A stretch of DNA of 64,000 bases from Amoebidium appalachense (GCA_963693365.1 CAVNZM010000002.1:9583059-9647058); one strand, 5' to 3'. Positions 42,426 through 58,021 are shown, counted from the stretch's first letter. Made by a program: numbers and translations. Notes: generated from the letters alone by a model not told the origin.

Positions 42426-43219
42426 GGAGGGAGGGGGGGGGGGGGGGGGGGGGGGGGGGAGAGAGAGAGAGAGAGAGAGAAGGGGGGGGGGGGGGGGGAG
42501 GGACACGGTTCTGGGAAAGGAGAGGACCGTGTAAACTTACGGTTACGTCAGAGAAGAATGGAAAGGAAATGATTTGACCTCCGGGCAGTCTGTGCTAAAA
42601 CTGGAAACCGAGAGGGGGCGAGAGGGGGGGGGTAGCTATGTACCCTCTATCTATGTTTACGGTATGTAATGTAACTAAAAGTGTATGCTATGTATATCAT
42701 CGCATTCTTAGTATACATACATCAGACGTCCTTTCTCCCCTCAAACGTATCCCCAGCTATTCCCCCCCCCTCCCCCCCTACACACACACGCACACACACA
42801 CACAGACACACACACACACATTCCACCCCACCCCCACCCACCCACCCCCCTTCCTCTGGTCCGGATTCGATAGTGCACACTTAAATTTCACGTGATGTAC
42901 TTTCCAAATTTAAATTTTCAGCGAGCATGATTCAATCTCGCGTGAATGATTGTCAAATAGCGGGTGCTTTCATTAAGCCAAATACTGCATTCTACCGGAA
43001 AACTTCATGCAATTTCAAGGTGGGAGTCTCTCTGATCAGTTGTAAAGAATCAATTGAGTCTACATGGGGTGGTGAAGACGCCCTCCCCTTCCTTCCCTTC
43101 CCTCCCCCTCCCCCCTCCCTCCCCCCCCCCCCAAAAAAAATAAAAAATATAAAATAACTTAAATCTATCTAGGCATATGCCTCCAACCAAATGCGCTCAC
43201 GTGCACGCGTACACGCCCG

Positions 43220-43299
<80 letters not shown>

Positions 43300-43322
43300 G
43301 CACACGCACGCACAAGCGCACA

Positions 43323-43363
<41 letters not shown>

Positions 43364-43562
43364 ACACACACACAAACACACAACAAACCACAATCTCACC
43401 CTCTTGATTTCTGGGACAATGACTGCAATCCAACCTTTTCCCTACGTCTCTCAACCCCCAACACCCCGTCTCCCCCAACCCCCCCCACCCCACCCCACCC
43501 CCCCACCTCCGCTCCCTCCCTTCCCCCTCCTGCCCGCCCCCTTCCCCCCTTCCCCCCCCCCC

Positions 43563-43593
<31 letters not shown>

Positions 43594-44349
43594 AAAAGTA
43601 AAAGAAAGCGAAGAAAATAAGAGAAAACGACAAAAGGCGTAAAAAAGAGAAATGAAAGTAAGGGGAAAAAGAAAAACTCCGAGAGAAGGAAAAAGATACT
43701 GGATAGTATAGATGGGGAGGGGAGAACCTGGGTTGAGGTCAAACTTCACCAGCCGGTCGAACCATATAAGGCTACAAATCGCCTGTAGCCAATAGAATTG
43801 AAGGAGCTACTGTAAGGTAGGGTTCTGGTGATAGTGTTTACTTCTAGACTCCCTCACCAACCCCTACTCTTGTTCCCCCCCATCCCCCCCCCCCCCCTTC
43901 TCCCAATACCCCCTTCCCCCCTTCCCCCATCCCCACCCTCTTTTGATGGGGGGGAGGGGGGTAGGGATGGGGGTAGGCGTCAGTGGTTGTGGATAGCAAC
44001 ACGCCTTGACCCTTCTCCCCCCCCCCCCCCCCCCCCGGCTCCCGCCCTGTTGTAGCCCACCTATGCCACCCATCCCGAGAGGTGTTCCCAAGGGCCTCCA
44101 AAATGAAGGATCATTCTACCCCACTTAGTAACAGGGAACGAAACTCGGTCACAGTACGGGGACCAACATGTGGGGAGGGAGAATGGTGGTGGTGGTGGTG
44201 GTTAGGGGGGGGGGGGGGGGGGGGGGGGGAACAAAATTCAGATTATAATCTCAGTAGGACACTTCTCTGGCTGCAAGATTAGTGCCAATCCTGCCCTGAA
44301 AACTAAAGCACACCATGTTGACTGTACCGACTGGTAAACACGTCGGAAA

Positions 44350-44435
<86 letters not shown>

Positions 44436-45051
44436 ACTGTGTGTGTGCGTGGGGGGGGGGGGGGGAGGGCCCGCACGGATGTGTGTCACGTGTGTGTGTG
44501 TGCGTACGGCTGTGTGTGCGTGCATGCATGTGTACATGTTTGTGCGGGTGCACGTGCGTATGTCTAAGCTTTTCCTCATGGTATCCGTGTGTAGATGATT
44601 GTGTTCGTGTGTGCCTGAGCATGTCTGTGTGCGCTTAATGATTTGTGTGGTGACGCGTTTGTGTGTGCGTGCGCATGTGCGTTTGCGTGTGTGTGTGCCT
44701 GCATGCATATGTACATGTGCATATGTATTTTGAACCAGGTGCCCGTGTGTGTCCATGTGTGAGTGTGTGTGTCCGCCCGGGGGCGTGTGTATACATTTTA
44801 ATGATATGGTAGACACATCTGAAAGCTATGCTACAACCCAACCAACTTTCTTGCTGAGAGAGAGTCCTTCCATGGCCAGATCCCTTTTATTGGGGAGGGT
44901 GGGGAGGGGGACGGGGGGGGGGGGGGAGGAGGATGAGGGGAGGGGGGGGGGAGGAGGATGGGGGGGAGGGGGGGAGGAAGGAGGGTATTAGGGGGGGGGG
45001 GGGAGGGGGTGAGAGTGGTGGTGGGGTGGGGGGGGGGGTATATGTGGGGGG

Positions 45052-45091
<40 letters not shown>

Positions 45092-46912
45092 CGTGTGCCT
45101 GGTAACGGTAGCCACGAGTCCATAACATAGCATCAGGGGAATATCCGATTTGAAATTCTTAAATAATTGGGTGCATACTTTGCCTTAGCCTGGTATTCAT
45201 GATAGGCTGTGCGTAGATAGATTGTCTGGGTATATTTCTGTGTGGTACCTGTTAATAACTGTGCAAAATTGAGTAGGATGTTTTTGGGAATGACTGTGTT
45301 GAGTACCCCTTTACCTCCGAGCCTCCCCCGGCCTCACTTAAGTATGTATCCCTGGCAACCCCTCTTCCAACACGGAGTAATAAACTTCTGAAATGGTTTT
45401 TGAAATGCCGAACACAATCAAAACAAAACATAGGAGGTTGAAGGGCTGAAAAGGGCACTGAGCAGGGGAGGTGGGGGAGAACGGGGGGGGGGGGGGGGGG
45501 GGGGGGGGGGATAATTTCAGTGTGAATGGTCTATAGTAGGTCGGACTTTGGTGGTTCAAGACGTGTGGTACGTTTATGTAAGGGATGGATGAACTGAGTG
45601 TTTGTAACGGACGGACCAAGACGAATGGATGAACCAGAAATAATAGTATAAATAAAATGTTAAATGATGATATTAATCGCCTCATATTTACAACACCCCC
45701 CCCCTCCCTCCCCCCCCCCTCCCCCCCCCCCCCCCCCCCCCCCCCGGCCCGCTGTCGCCTCCCCTCCACCCGTCGACCCCACAAAGCCGGGCTCCCATCA
45801 ACAATTAACAATCCAAACTCCGCATCCAATCAAATCATGCCCCGCTTATCTATTTAAAATTTATCGCCACTCAAATCACCTACCGTGTACACCGTCGTGA
45901 TGGATCAGCCTTAGGAGAAAGCCAAGATGAAGAGGAGAGGCGAGAAGCTAAAGGGTGTGTGTGTGTGGGGGGGAAGGGGAAAGGGGAGGGAGGGGGAGGG
46001 GGGGGGGGGGGGGGCAGGGAAGTGGGAAAGGGGACCTCCATGCTCCGGCTTCACAATTCCAGAGAAATTCGCAGATTCAGCCCCCGTTAAAGGGCCTTGA
46101 CTGGCCCAAGTCTAATATCACGCCACAGTCTGGTTCATTCGATATTTGTGCAGTCACGTGAATGCTGGTGGTGCACGTGCGTAGCATACAATAACCCCGA
46201 TACATACCGGTGCAACTGTTACATCCTAGTTTGGGGAGTTCCAGTGGGTAGGGTGAAGCTGGTGCCCTGAGATAGAACTTACTCAATAGTTAAACTCAAT
46301 GAGTTACAGTGTATAAATACTACTGTCACGGATTGGCACAAAGTCACAAGTTAGTGATGATCTATCAAAAACTGGTCGCCGTGACTGCCGGTTCGGGAGA
46401 AATGCCAGTTAGTGCAGAGACTTTGTGAAGCTTTTGTTTTTTTCAATTCAAAACAGACTAGACGGTGGTAGTAATGGGGGGGTTAGAGGCTTGAGGGGGT
46501 TTGGGGTTGGTTTTTTTTCTTTTTTTTTTCTTTTTTTTGTGGGGGGGGGGGGGGGGGGGGGGAGGATGGGGGGGGGGGGAGGGGGGGTTTGGGGGGTTTG
46601 GGTTTTTTTTTCTTTTTTTTTTTTTTGTGTGTGTGTGGGGGGGGGGGGGGGGGGGGGGGGGGACGGGGAGGGGGAGGGGGGGAGGAAGGGAGGGAGGGAG
46701 AGGGGGGAGGGGGGAGGGCCCAGTCCCCGAAAGGCTTCGCTGGCTGGGAGAGGGGGGGAAGGGACCCACCCACTCATCCGAGCAGGTGCCCCCCCCCCCA
46801 CCAATTACTAAGCCAGTAGTCCATATCTTGGATGTCAAGAAATGAGAATAATGGCACACCTTTTTTATTGAGCATTGTTTTACACATTTGAAACACTTCG
46901 CTCCACTTGCTC

Positions 46913-46948
<36 letters not shown>

Positions 46949-47031
46949 CCTGTGTATGCATACACGTTGAAGCCGGGATGATCCAATCGTATCTCAGTGT
47001 ATAAATGCCAAGCTACTTCATAATACTTGGT

Positions 47032-47064
<33 letters not shown>

Positions 47065-47221
47065 TCCCTCCCCCTCCCCGCCTCCCTCCCCACCCCTCCC
47101 ATCCCATCCCCCTCCCCCCGCCCGCAGCCCGTGGCCTTTAGCTCCCCTCTACACACCCTGGAATCTGTCATGCCATCCGTGAGAGTAATTTTTTTTTCTC
47201 ACTCGCGGAGTGTAGCCCCCC

Positions 47222-47263
<42 letters not shown>

Positions 47264-47566
47264 ACCCCCCCACCCCCTGTCGTGACTTGCTACTTCGCGG
47301 GTGACCCCCTTCAACAGACTGCTTCCTACTGCAAGTGTATACTTTGCTTTGGGGGCTGCAGGCAGAGCAAAGTGAAATGTGGTAGCCTTTATGAAGCGAA
47401 ATGGGGGGGACTTTAATAAAAATTTGGAAAAGAAAAACCAGTTCTCTCACCGTCAAGGCATTCACTTGTTGCTCATTAGCTCTATACTACATATCAGTAT
47501 GACCACTGATCATGATCAACCTCTTCCCCCCTCCCCCCCTTCAACCTTCCCTCAACCCACTCAACC

Positions 47567-47608
<42 letters not shown>

Positions 47609-47675
47609 ACACACACACACATACAACTCCGACCACACACAGGCGCACAAGCACACAAACACACACACACACACG

Positions 47676-47737
<62 letters not shown>

Positions 47738-48659
47738 GTGACACACACACGCACACACATACACACACACATACACACGCACACACACACACACACACAC
47801 ACTCACTCACACACTCACTCACTCACACACACAGGCACACACATACACACGGACACACAAGTACGGGCACCCCGACACAAACACGGTGTGTCACACTGGC
47901 ACACATGTACCACATAATGAGTGCACTTAGTACATGATATACGTATTCTCTCAATATTTTCTCTCTTATTCCACACACTAACCTCCCCTCTGCAAACCCC
48001 CCCCCCCCCCCCCCCTCGAAATTCTTGTGTGCACTGTGACAACACACAAAGTCACACACACATACACGCACACATGTCACTGAATACACATGCACTTACA
48101 GACACACACATTTAACGTAGACTAGACACTCTGATACATAAACACACACAGACCCACGATGCAGCAGACACACAAATTTAAAACACGTGTAAGTTGCACA
48201 TTCTTGCGTGCATGTACGCCCAACACGATGGATGTCTATGCACACATACATGCTACTATTGTTGGCCATAGCACAAATGCAGTGCCGAATGCATGTCCCG
48301 TGGCACACACACATAATGCCAAACACACCCATGGTCACCGACACATACATACACACACCGACATTACACAAAACTCTGCCGCACACGATACAGATATATG
48401 CGCGTGCGCAGGTGAGCACGATGACTTTCCTCCAATCAAAATCATCCGCAAGCGATATTAGGCACGAAGGCAAGAAGTTGGTGGGTGGGAAAAGGCTCGG
48501 AACCCATCCCAAGATGTGTTGAAGTGACCCGCCATAGACCCGAATATCCCTGGGTTAACCCTTCTTCTTTTTTTTTTTTCCGAGGGGGGGTGGAGGGGGG
48601 GGGGGGGGGGGAGGGGAGAGAAAACTGTAGCGGCCCCAGATATCATCATACCTAACACC

Positions 48660-48709
<50 letters not shown>

Positions 48710-48745
48710 AAACAATACCCACATTCATCTACGGTTAACTTTTTT

Positions 48746-48777
<32 letters not shown>

Positions 48778-49169
48778 GGTGTGGGAGAGGAGAAGGGGGG
48801 GGGGGGGGGGGGGGGGAAGGGGTCTTGAACCACATCAACAGGTTGAACGTGGCTGTGAGCAAATATATATTTCGCAAAAAACAGAATAAGGGACTCAAAA
48901 TATAATGCTGCATTGCCAAAATGCTGAATCATTCTGTCTAAAAGATGGTATAGACAATGCGAATTCTCACATTCAGTGCTAGCAGAATTATTCTCCCCGC
49001 CGCAGCATGAAGTTCTGTGTTGGCCGAATTAATCTGTAGATCAAAATTCATTCTCCAGCAGAGTATACTGAAACCAACACAGAATACACGGCAAAATACT
49101 GATCATTCGGATCATTCTGTGCTAGGCTAGGAGCAGAAATGCATTAACAGCATATGTGCCTGCCCCCCC

Positions 49170-49201
<32 letters not shown>

Positions 49202-49219
49202 TTTCCCCCCTCCCCCCTC

Positions 49220-49327
<108 letters not shown>

Positions 49328-49357
49328 CCCCCCCCCCCTCTCTCTCTCTCTTCCCCC

Positions 49358-49392
<35 letters not shown>

Positions 49393-51905
49393 TCTCTCTG
49401 AGACTCCCCCCCGCCCCCCACTCCCCCCCCCCCACCCCCACCCCCAAGTCCAACCCCAACCCCAACCCCACTAAATCCCAAGTTCAAAACGAAGACTTTG
49501 CTGACCGTCTGGCAGAGCTGATCGAGAGAGAGAAAAGAAGACAACTAAACTTGACCACGACGTGACGGCGGGCTTCATTCAGCTGCCAGGCAACTGAGGC
49601 AAGCGCTACTGATATATAGTATCAGTATGCATGATACCATTTGCACTGTGATGCCGCGGGACTGTACATGTGATGGCCGGTGTCAATGCATCACAATGGC
49701 TTATTTACAGGAGTGGGCACTGTGTATGTCTGGCCGTACAGCAATACCAATATCATCAGTGACATTGATCATGGTTGACCCTGCAGCTGGCCTGCTGTGC
49801 TGCACTGGCCTAAACTTCACTGGTGCCAGTGCATTTTGCAAAATGCCAGCTTGTTGGCTTTTACCACGTCCACTGGATAGCAGCAGGATGACGTCTGCCC
49901 AATGGATAGGCGGCCAGCATGCGCCGCGGCAGTCACGGCCACCAACTTTAGGCACAGGTCACAGGTGGCCGTAGCCTCAGGCCTATATAGTAGGACGACC
50001 GTCGGGCGCGAATTCGAATGCCGGAACGTTCCGTGATCGGCGCTTCTCACAATTGCAACACTACCTGTGAATTAGTAGCACTACATATCATTCAAAAGAC
50101 TCGGTCGCCACGTCGAACTACCAATCTACCACCGGTGGAAAGCACGTGCACGTGGTGACGTGTTGGCAGGGTCCCGGAACATGTGAACTCACACATCACC
50201 AGAATCGTGCCACGTGCACGGCGCACATCATGATGGTCCGGCACGGGGACGGAAGTGACGATTTCCCGTTTTGGATGCTTGACTTGGTGCGGGGACCAAT
50301 AATCGTCCTATCAATTTTATTGCCACCAATCACCGTATCCCACTAACATTCCAATTGAAATCCAAACAAAACGGTACATAAGGGACGCACAAAACTGTAT
50401 AGAAGGCTCGGGTGATCATTATCTATATAGACTATATAGACCAAAAAAGAGCTGAATTTCTACCTTAACAAAGAAAAGACAAGGGTGCAAGTACAAAAGT
50501 GGGAGTCTCTCAGTCTTGGTAGCGCAGATGTTGAGCCGAGGCGCATAATGATTCGGCCGCGGCGACCCAGTTGTCATCTGGGGGAGTCACAGACAGTTGA
50601 GTCACGGTCGCCCAGATACTATGAAACATAGGAATCCGATTACTTGGGTTTTCCGAAGGGAATTTAATGGTTTTGTTTTAAAGAATATATTGTCTATCTA
50701 CACTATATAATAGAACTCAAGAAACTCATGAAGGTGTCTTTCTCTTGCAAAAGATCAATGCATACTGATACAGTGTACTGTATCTTATCTTCGCGTGGCT
50801 CACATTGCAACAGCAGAATTGTTTAAACCAATCACCTTCTTGTCTCGTTTTGAAATTCGCTGATTGGGTAATGGAGCTGATTGGGCAAGATCTCCCCAAA
50901 CCCAAAGCCGCCATGAGAAATCATATAGCTGATCATAAGCTGTTATGTTAAACAAATGTGCAAATCTCAATCGGTCACTATAATCAATTTCAGGTTTATC
51001 AAATATAGACTAGCATAAATAAATCTTTACCTGCCTAATGCTCGAGACTATCATCAGCGTCACCTCTCTGTGCTGAATCCCCAACGAAGCCTTCTGCATG
51101 CTTCTGAATCGAATGTCACCGAATTGATAAGGCTTTAACCTAGGCATATCTGTTGTATGTATATCTCGCATTTCGTGACGAAGAACAAATGAGTACATAG
51201 TGCTGTACAGTCTTACACCACGGCCTTTTTAGTGTATACAACTGTAATTATTGTTATATATTTATTTAGGTATTTGAAAGTAATAATCATTTTATGTTAA
51301 TTGTGATGCTTCGCATGTTTATTAATTCTACTCAAGAGATGTCTCAGTTCATTATATCTCGCCTTCGTGTCTTAAACAATTTGAGTAATCCTACAGTTTA
51401 TAAATATTTCCGGTAATGGTCTTATCTATTTTAAGTCACATGACTTGCCAAATCCCAGCTTTTTTCTCGATTTTCAAGTATCTTTTGGTTCGATAAGAAG
51501 TTCCCAACCGGTTTACCCGGCTTGTATATTTAGAAATCATTCAAAGCGTATTTTGACTACAGTAGCTTGTTCAAGGATCATTTTCAAAATTCAAAGCGCA
51601 TACACTAGACCCATTATGTCTACGTTATAACTCATCATGAAAGCCGATGCGATTGTGGAGTAAACAACAAAGAACCCCTCCTCTATTTTTGGACGCCTCG
51701 GCTATTCCGGAAAGTTATTTTAAGTCATTATAAAAAAAATATTTTTCCAACCCGTGGGGCTCGTCCTGTAAGCAGGGGTTAAAAATGCAGTACCATTTGG
51801 AAGTAAAAAATGTCCACCTGAAATCCGAAAAAAGCCACTTGACGCGGACCGCTAGTTCCACTGAAATATGTGCCAGTGGTACTGTAATATTATATATATA
51901 TTAAG

Positions 51906-52077
<172 letters not shown>

Positions 52078-52298
52078 CATAGTGTGTGTGTGTATGTATG
52101 TATGTATGTATGTACAAGTGGCGCTGAAAATACAGTCGGGGTTACGAAAAATATGCACCGGATTCCCGAAGAACCACTATGATAAAAACGTATTGTAAGC
52201 CCTGCTTGTAAGACACTAGGCTGTGACGTCACAGACCATTATCGGCCAACCGAAGATCCAATTCCTACAGAGTACGATGCCATTGGTCGGTTTACGCC

Positions 52299-52307
52299 TA
52301 TATAAAA
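52299..52307 (+). promoter_or_regulatory. TATA box upstream of the GATA factor gene
   Basis: TATATAAAA about 220 bp upstream of ATG 52521, preceded by CCAAT-like motifs (ccaat ~52258, attgg ~52282) and a CRE palindrome gtgacgtcac (~52223). Confidence 0.5.
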
Positions 52308-52520
52308 GAGGGTCAATCAGTAATGGGTGGCATTCCGGAAAAGAAAGAAAGTGGTTTGGGCATGCAGGGAAGAAACATAGAGAGGTGGTGGGTAGAGAGA
52401 TGGGTGGGGGATTTCATAGAAGTGCTTGTTCTCAAGCTATGTTAAGCGCCACTACGTAGCCGTGGCAACCAAAAACTTGGTTGGGATACTATCTGTATAT
52501 GCAAAGGGCAGAAGACGAGT

Positions 52521-53293
52521 ATGGTCTCTTTAGATGGTGAATGTTCGTTGAGGCGACACGCTTTTTTGGACGAAAAAATGATGGCAGTGGAGCCTATTCC
52601 CGCCGTGAAGCTAGAGGTGTCGAAAACCACACCGAAAATCACACATAGTGTTAGCAGGTTTCTCGAACCAGAGCCTCCGAAAAATTCTCTTTCCCCTTCT
52701 AGTGAACTAAGCTATGTAGGCAGCTCTCAGGGCTCGCTCACAGGTGACCCTTATCATCGGTACCCAAGAGAGTATAAATATCAAAACGGGGGTCAAGGCT
52801 CCTACGATCATGCTCACACATGGAACGCGCGCGGGTCATCTGCGGCGTATTATGGTTCACATCCGCAGGGGAATTACTACCAATTTTATGCTCCACATGC
52901 TCCACAACGGCACAATGACACGTTGGATGAAGCGGAGAGCGTGGAGGCAAATAGCCTACGCAGACACTCTTCATCTACTGATTCATCCAAGGTACATGTG
53001 CGTCAGTGTTACGTGTTTCTGTGTTCTCTGTGCGTGTACATGTAGAAGCAAATCGTAAGTTCTTTTGTTAAGTTTTTGTGAATGGTGGAAGGAGAAGAGC
53101 CGAGTGTGATACTTGCCAGGCATATGGTGTGTGTTTCAGATAGCACAGCCGTTCCTTTGCTTATTAAGGTTGTGCTATCAACAATTACTAAGGGTACCGG
53201 TTGACTGCAATGAGTGTCCATATGTTGCTTTTAAGCTTTTGCTGTGCGCCTGGTTGCTGCATTTTCCTTCCTCACTTCTGAAATTTAGCCCCT

Positions 53294-53340
<47 letters not shown>

Positions 53341-54128
53341 TTTCCCCCTCCCTCCCCCCTCCCCCGCCCCGCGCGCCCTCCCCGCACCCTCCCTTAGGAG
53401 AGAAACTATAATCATAACACGGTTTCCCTTGCACTCCATTCTCACACAATCATGCTGTCTGCATCTCTTTGACCGTATTTTCCCCTCGCTTCCAGGCGAA
53501 CTATACGCACACCAGCGAATACCCCAACCCCTCCCAGCCACCAAAGACTCGGTCAGACCCAGCTGTTCAAGACGCAGACCAGACTGTCACTGTTGCAGCC
53601 ACAGCAGATGAATGTTGCAGCAATTGCCAAACCAAATCCACAACATTGTGGAGGAGATCTGCAAGTGGGAGCATTCTGTGCAACGCGTGCGGGCTGTATG
53701 AAAGACTCCATGGGACAGCCAGACCAAGGGGTCTTTGCCAAAATCCCATCCGGAAGAGGAATCGGAAATCCTCTGCGGCAAAAGCGGCGGCGATGGTTCC
53801 CGGCCAGTTGCGCTATGTCGTTCCACGCGGGATTGAAAATAATGCCAACGACGCGCCCGCAAATTCCCAAGGACACCCCCAACCTGAAATGACGAGGAGT
53901 CAGAATTCGAGTGCGCACGGCAGTCCCATGGGACATGGCTCAGTGTCTTCGCACAGTGCACCTCTGAACTCAAACAGTCAGGTGTATGGGCAGTATCAGG
54001 GGGGTTCCAGGGGGCAGAGCCCGACACTTTCGCGCGGGTCGTCTGTGTCGTATGATGGGTGGAGCAGGAAGAGTAGCGGCGAGGGCTCGCCGATGCAGAT
54101 GCAACATGCGCAGGAGTCGGAAAACTGA
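52521..54128 (+). CDS. GATA-type zinc finger transcription factor (single C-X2-C-X17-C-X2-C finger), exons 52521-52991 and 53496-54128
   Basis: CSNCQTKSTTLWRRSASGSILCNACGLYERLHGTARP...IRKRNRK basic tail. Donor AAG|gtacat and acceptor cttccag|GCG are both phase 0. Confidence 0.92.
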
Positions 54129-54665
54129 GGATTATGCTCGCAAGCTAGTTGGAAATAGGAAAGCGAGATCTTAGTCGGAGGTCTCGGTTTGAATTTACAG
54201 GCTGTGTGAAAGGGCCTTTGTGATGACGTGCTGCAGTTTGTCGTGTTACGTTTTGTATTTTTGATGTGTTTGTGTCCGTGTGTGTTTTTTTGTGGTGAGG
54301 GGGGGAGGAGGTGGGAGCGGAACAATAAGAGAGTCCATTCTATGGTTTATTTGCGAAAGTAAGATATATGATACTGAAACGAGCGTACATGCCATTTTGG
54401 CTATTGTATGAATGCCGAATGTCCTGCCTTTTACGTATGCAACAAATTGAGCACTTTTTTTGTTTTGTTGTTTTTTGTAGATATGAAACTAAGAGTCATA
54501 GCCCTAACATTGCGATAAACCCGAATATTTGGTGTTAACTTGAATGCACTCAACTGAGAATTTCGGTAAAAGTTGACCATAAATTGTCATTTCTTTCGTA
54601 CTGTTGGTGTAGCTGTATAGCGTATCTCAGGTGCTAAAATAAATTTGTATACCTCACGACTGACA

Positions 54666-54713
<48 letters not shown>

Positions 54714-55297
54714 TGCTGCCGCCCCTTCCAACTCCCACTCCCTGCCCTCCCGTCACTTTGCCACTCCAATTTCTCAAATCTTTTCCCGGCTGAGCCAAAG
54801 GTTCACATAGGTAATGTCGGTGGTGGTTCAGTATAGCAACCCCTGCCGTGCCTATGAGGTGAGCAGCTAAAGGCTACCCCCCCCCCCCCCCAACCCCTAC
54901 CCACCCACCCAACTTCACTCAACCCCCCTAGGCGCCCACCTGCCTACAAAAAAAAAAAGGGGGGGGGGGCTAGGCGCCCACCTGCCTAACAAAAAAAGAG
55001 GGGGGGGGGGGGGGGGGGGCAAGAACTTAGAAAAAAGAAAGCATGACACACGGGCCTGCACACATACACCGTAGTACACACCAGCCCGGATCCACCCTCT
55101 CTTTCTCTGGGTCAACGTGCACACAAACACTCGGCAGTGTGGGCGTGCACACATTAATGCATGCAGACACGCACACACACAAACGCAGGCGACTCACACA
55201 CACATACATGCACACACACACCCCGCCATCTAACGCGTACACATGTCACAAAAACCACACAAAACACATGCGGTGCGCGCACATGCGCGTGCGCGCG

Positions 55298-55328
<31 letters not shown>

Positions 55329-55386
55329 ATACACACATGCACACGCACGCACGGGCACCCTGGCAGTATCTACAGCCGCTATACCT

Positions 55387-55422
<36 letters not shown>

Positions 55423-55935
55423 CTCCCCTTTTTCCCACACCCAATGCATACATAAAACAGACCGGGAGAGGGCTGATTAGAGCATTGGAGAGAAAAATGC
55501 CAGAGAGAGAATGAGGGCCCGGGAGCAAGGATGGGGGGGAGAGGGGGCGGAGGGGGGAGGGGGGGGAGGGAGGGGGGTGGAGCCGAAAGAGAGACCGTGA
55601 AGTAGTGCGAAAGAGTGATCTTTGGACGAAGAGAGGGAGTCTCAGAGAGAAATAGAGAAAGAATGCAAGTGCTCCCAGAATACTTTTCTACGCCGACTTC
55701 AATTTTTTTTAATGCACTTGCAAAACTTGGTGATCGAGTTTTCTCAGACCCTCGCCGCAACGGTGCTCCCATCTCAGGCCCCCCCCCCCCCCCCCCCCCC
55801 CCCCTCCCCCTGAGGCTCCCGGGTTGTACCCGATCAGCTCAAACCACCCACATAGACAAATTGCGACTGACGTGATATTCAGCAAATGAGAAGGTCCTTA
55901 CAGAAGCCAAAAAAGGCTAATTGTTCACGACCTTC

Positions 55936-56033
55936 AATTGGTAGGCCCGCCGCTGGCTATGATACAAAAAGTTAAACCATATAAATTGGTAGGCCCGCAG
56001 CTGGCTATGATACAAAAAGTTAAACCATATAAA
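55936..56033 (+). repeat. 47-bp tandem duplication
   Basis: aattggtaggcccgc(c/a)gctggctatgatacaaaaagttaaaccatat, two copies. Confidence 0.85.
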
Positions 56034-56431
56034 TCATCAAAAGGAGCCCCTATCCACGGAGTGGCCCACGGTGACCAAGCACTTCACAGCAATAATGGAA
56101 TGTTGCAGGCAGTAATGACGTCATCTACACCTTAGGTTGCCCCGCCAGCGTTTCCATTTCGGAATAAAACTTCAAGGTGAAGCAGCCAATGACGTGGAAT
56201 TTTAAAAAAGACAACCCTGCTACGGTCTGCCCCGAACCATCAAATGGTACACAATGCAAAACCATGAACAAGGACCACCCGTGCATGCCCAAAGGCATAT
56301 ACGCGCGGGCATATACGCACGCGCGCACACGCACACGCGCACACACACATGCACGCCCGCACGCCCGCACACACACACGCACGCACGCACGCACGCACGC
56401 ACGCGCGCGCCCGCGCACACACACACACATA

Positions 56432-56480
<49 letters not shown>

Positions 56481-56824
56481 CACACACATGTCTATGTACA
56501 CCACGGTTTCCCACATCTTGCATTTTTTATTTATTTATCCCGTTTTACTCCCGGAGGCACTGCCTAAGGGGAGCTAACGCCTTCCACAGTAGACACCGAA
56601 CGTGCTCTCTACATAGTGCAACTATAAGTCAGGATACGTAATCCCGACTGTCACTACATATTCTGGCAATTCTTAGCCCACGGGGTTGCCGCAGTCACGC
56701 TAGTGGATATTGAGCAAACTCACTTCAACCAATACCTAGCCAGGAGTGACCCGGGGTAAAATAAAAGGATATAAGCAAGAAAAAGTGTCTCAGCGAAAGT
56801 TAAAAACAATACAAGAAGGCAAAA

Positions 56825-57142
56825 CAGTGTGTTCGTGCTGCTCTGCATGGTGGGAAAGAAAGAAAGAAGAGCAGTGTGTTTGTGCTGTTCGGCATGGTAG
56901 AGGACACTAGAGCAGGGTGTTGGTGCTGCTCGGCATGGTGGAAAACTAGAGCAGGGTGTTGGTGCTGCTCGGCATGGTAGAAAACTAGAGCAGGGTGTTG
57001 GTGCTGCTCGGCATGGTAGAGGACACTAGAGCAGGGTGTTGGTGCTGCTCGGCATGGTAGAAAACTAGAGCAGGGTGTTGGTGCTGCTCGGCATGGTACA
57101 GGACACTAGAGCAGGGTGTTGGTGCTGCTCGTCATGGTGGAA
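56825..57142 (+). repeat. 39/41-bp minisatellite, about 8 units
   Basis: ctagagcagggtgttggtgctgctcggcatggt plus a short variable linker (ggaaaa/agaaaa/agaggaca). Units start at 56907, 56946, 56985, 57026, 57065 and 57106, with degenerate units upstream. Confidence 0.9.
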
Positions 57143-57944
57143 GAAGGCAGCATGAAGTTCGTGCGGCCCATTATTGTTCTTTGTTTTTCTAGAGTTTTTG
57201 ACGTTATAGTAAGTTTCGTTTTTCCTGGAAAAAGTGCCCGTGTTGCAAAACTAATAACTCGTGTTGTACTAGTCCTACGGCAACGGCTCAAAAACCGCCA
57301 TGTTGCCAGCGTTTGACTCTATGCGGAGATGTGCATGCCGCCCCTTGTGCATAAATGTGGTGGAGTGTGGATGCAGCGGCGCACGGCCGTTTACGAAACA
57401 CGTGTCGTGTTTTGTGCCTGGTCGTGATGGCTATGTGCGTTGTTGAAATTTAAGAGAATAGGAATGTGCAAAATGCGAATCTTGATTGGTTGCATTTTAT
57501 CTGATGAGCCCGGAGTGGCGAAGGAATCATACTTATTCATCGATCACATCTACCACCTACTGAGGCGGTGTCTCCTTTCTTTCTTTCTTTTTTTTTTCTA
57601 ACTTAAAAGGGACCGCCTGAGTAGATGTATAACGTCGCACGTGCGGCAACACGTCAGTACGTGTTAGCGATCACATATGATTTTGGGGGTTTACGCTGTT
57701 TACTCGAGGCAAAGAGAGACCAGTCTCAGGTATGGGGGGTTTTTTGCTCGGAATATCCCCTCAGCGGTATATCATGATCACGTACATAGCTGTCGGGTGA
57801 TGATTATATATCAGGGTTTACTTTCTCTACAAGACACCATAAAGACTAGGAAAAATCAATTAGTTGGGGTTCCCCGTTTTTTTTTTTTGTTTTTTTTTTT
57901 GTTTTTTTTTTTCGGGCTCCCCTGGGACACTCGGTATCAGCTGG

Positions 57945-58021
<77 letters not shown>

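Noticed and set aside
56825-57142. CRISPR-like array (33-bp conserved unit repeated)
   Set aside because: Linkers are only 6-8 nt and recur rather than being unique spacers. There are no cas genes and the context is eukaryotic, so it is a minisatellite.
57495-57550. Hammerhead-ribozyme-like core ctgatga-gcc-cggagt-ggc-gaag
   Set aside because: It has GAAG instead of GAAA, and no convincing stem I can be drawn around an NUH site. At best a degenerate or chance match; an Infernal search would settle it.
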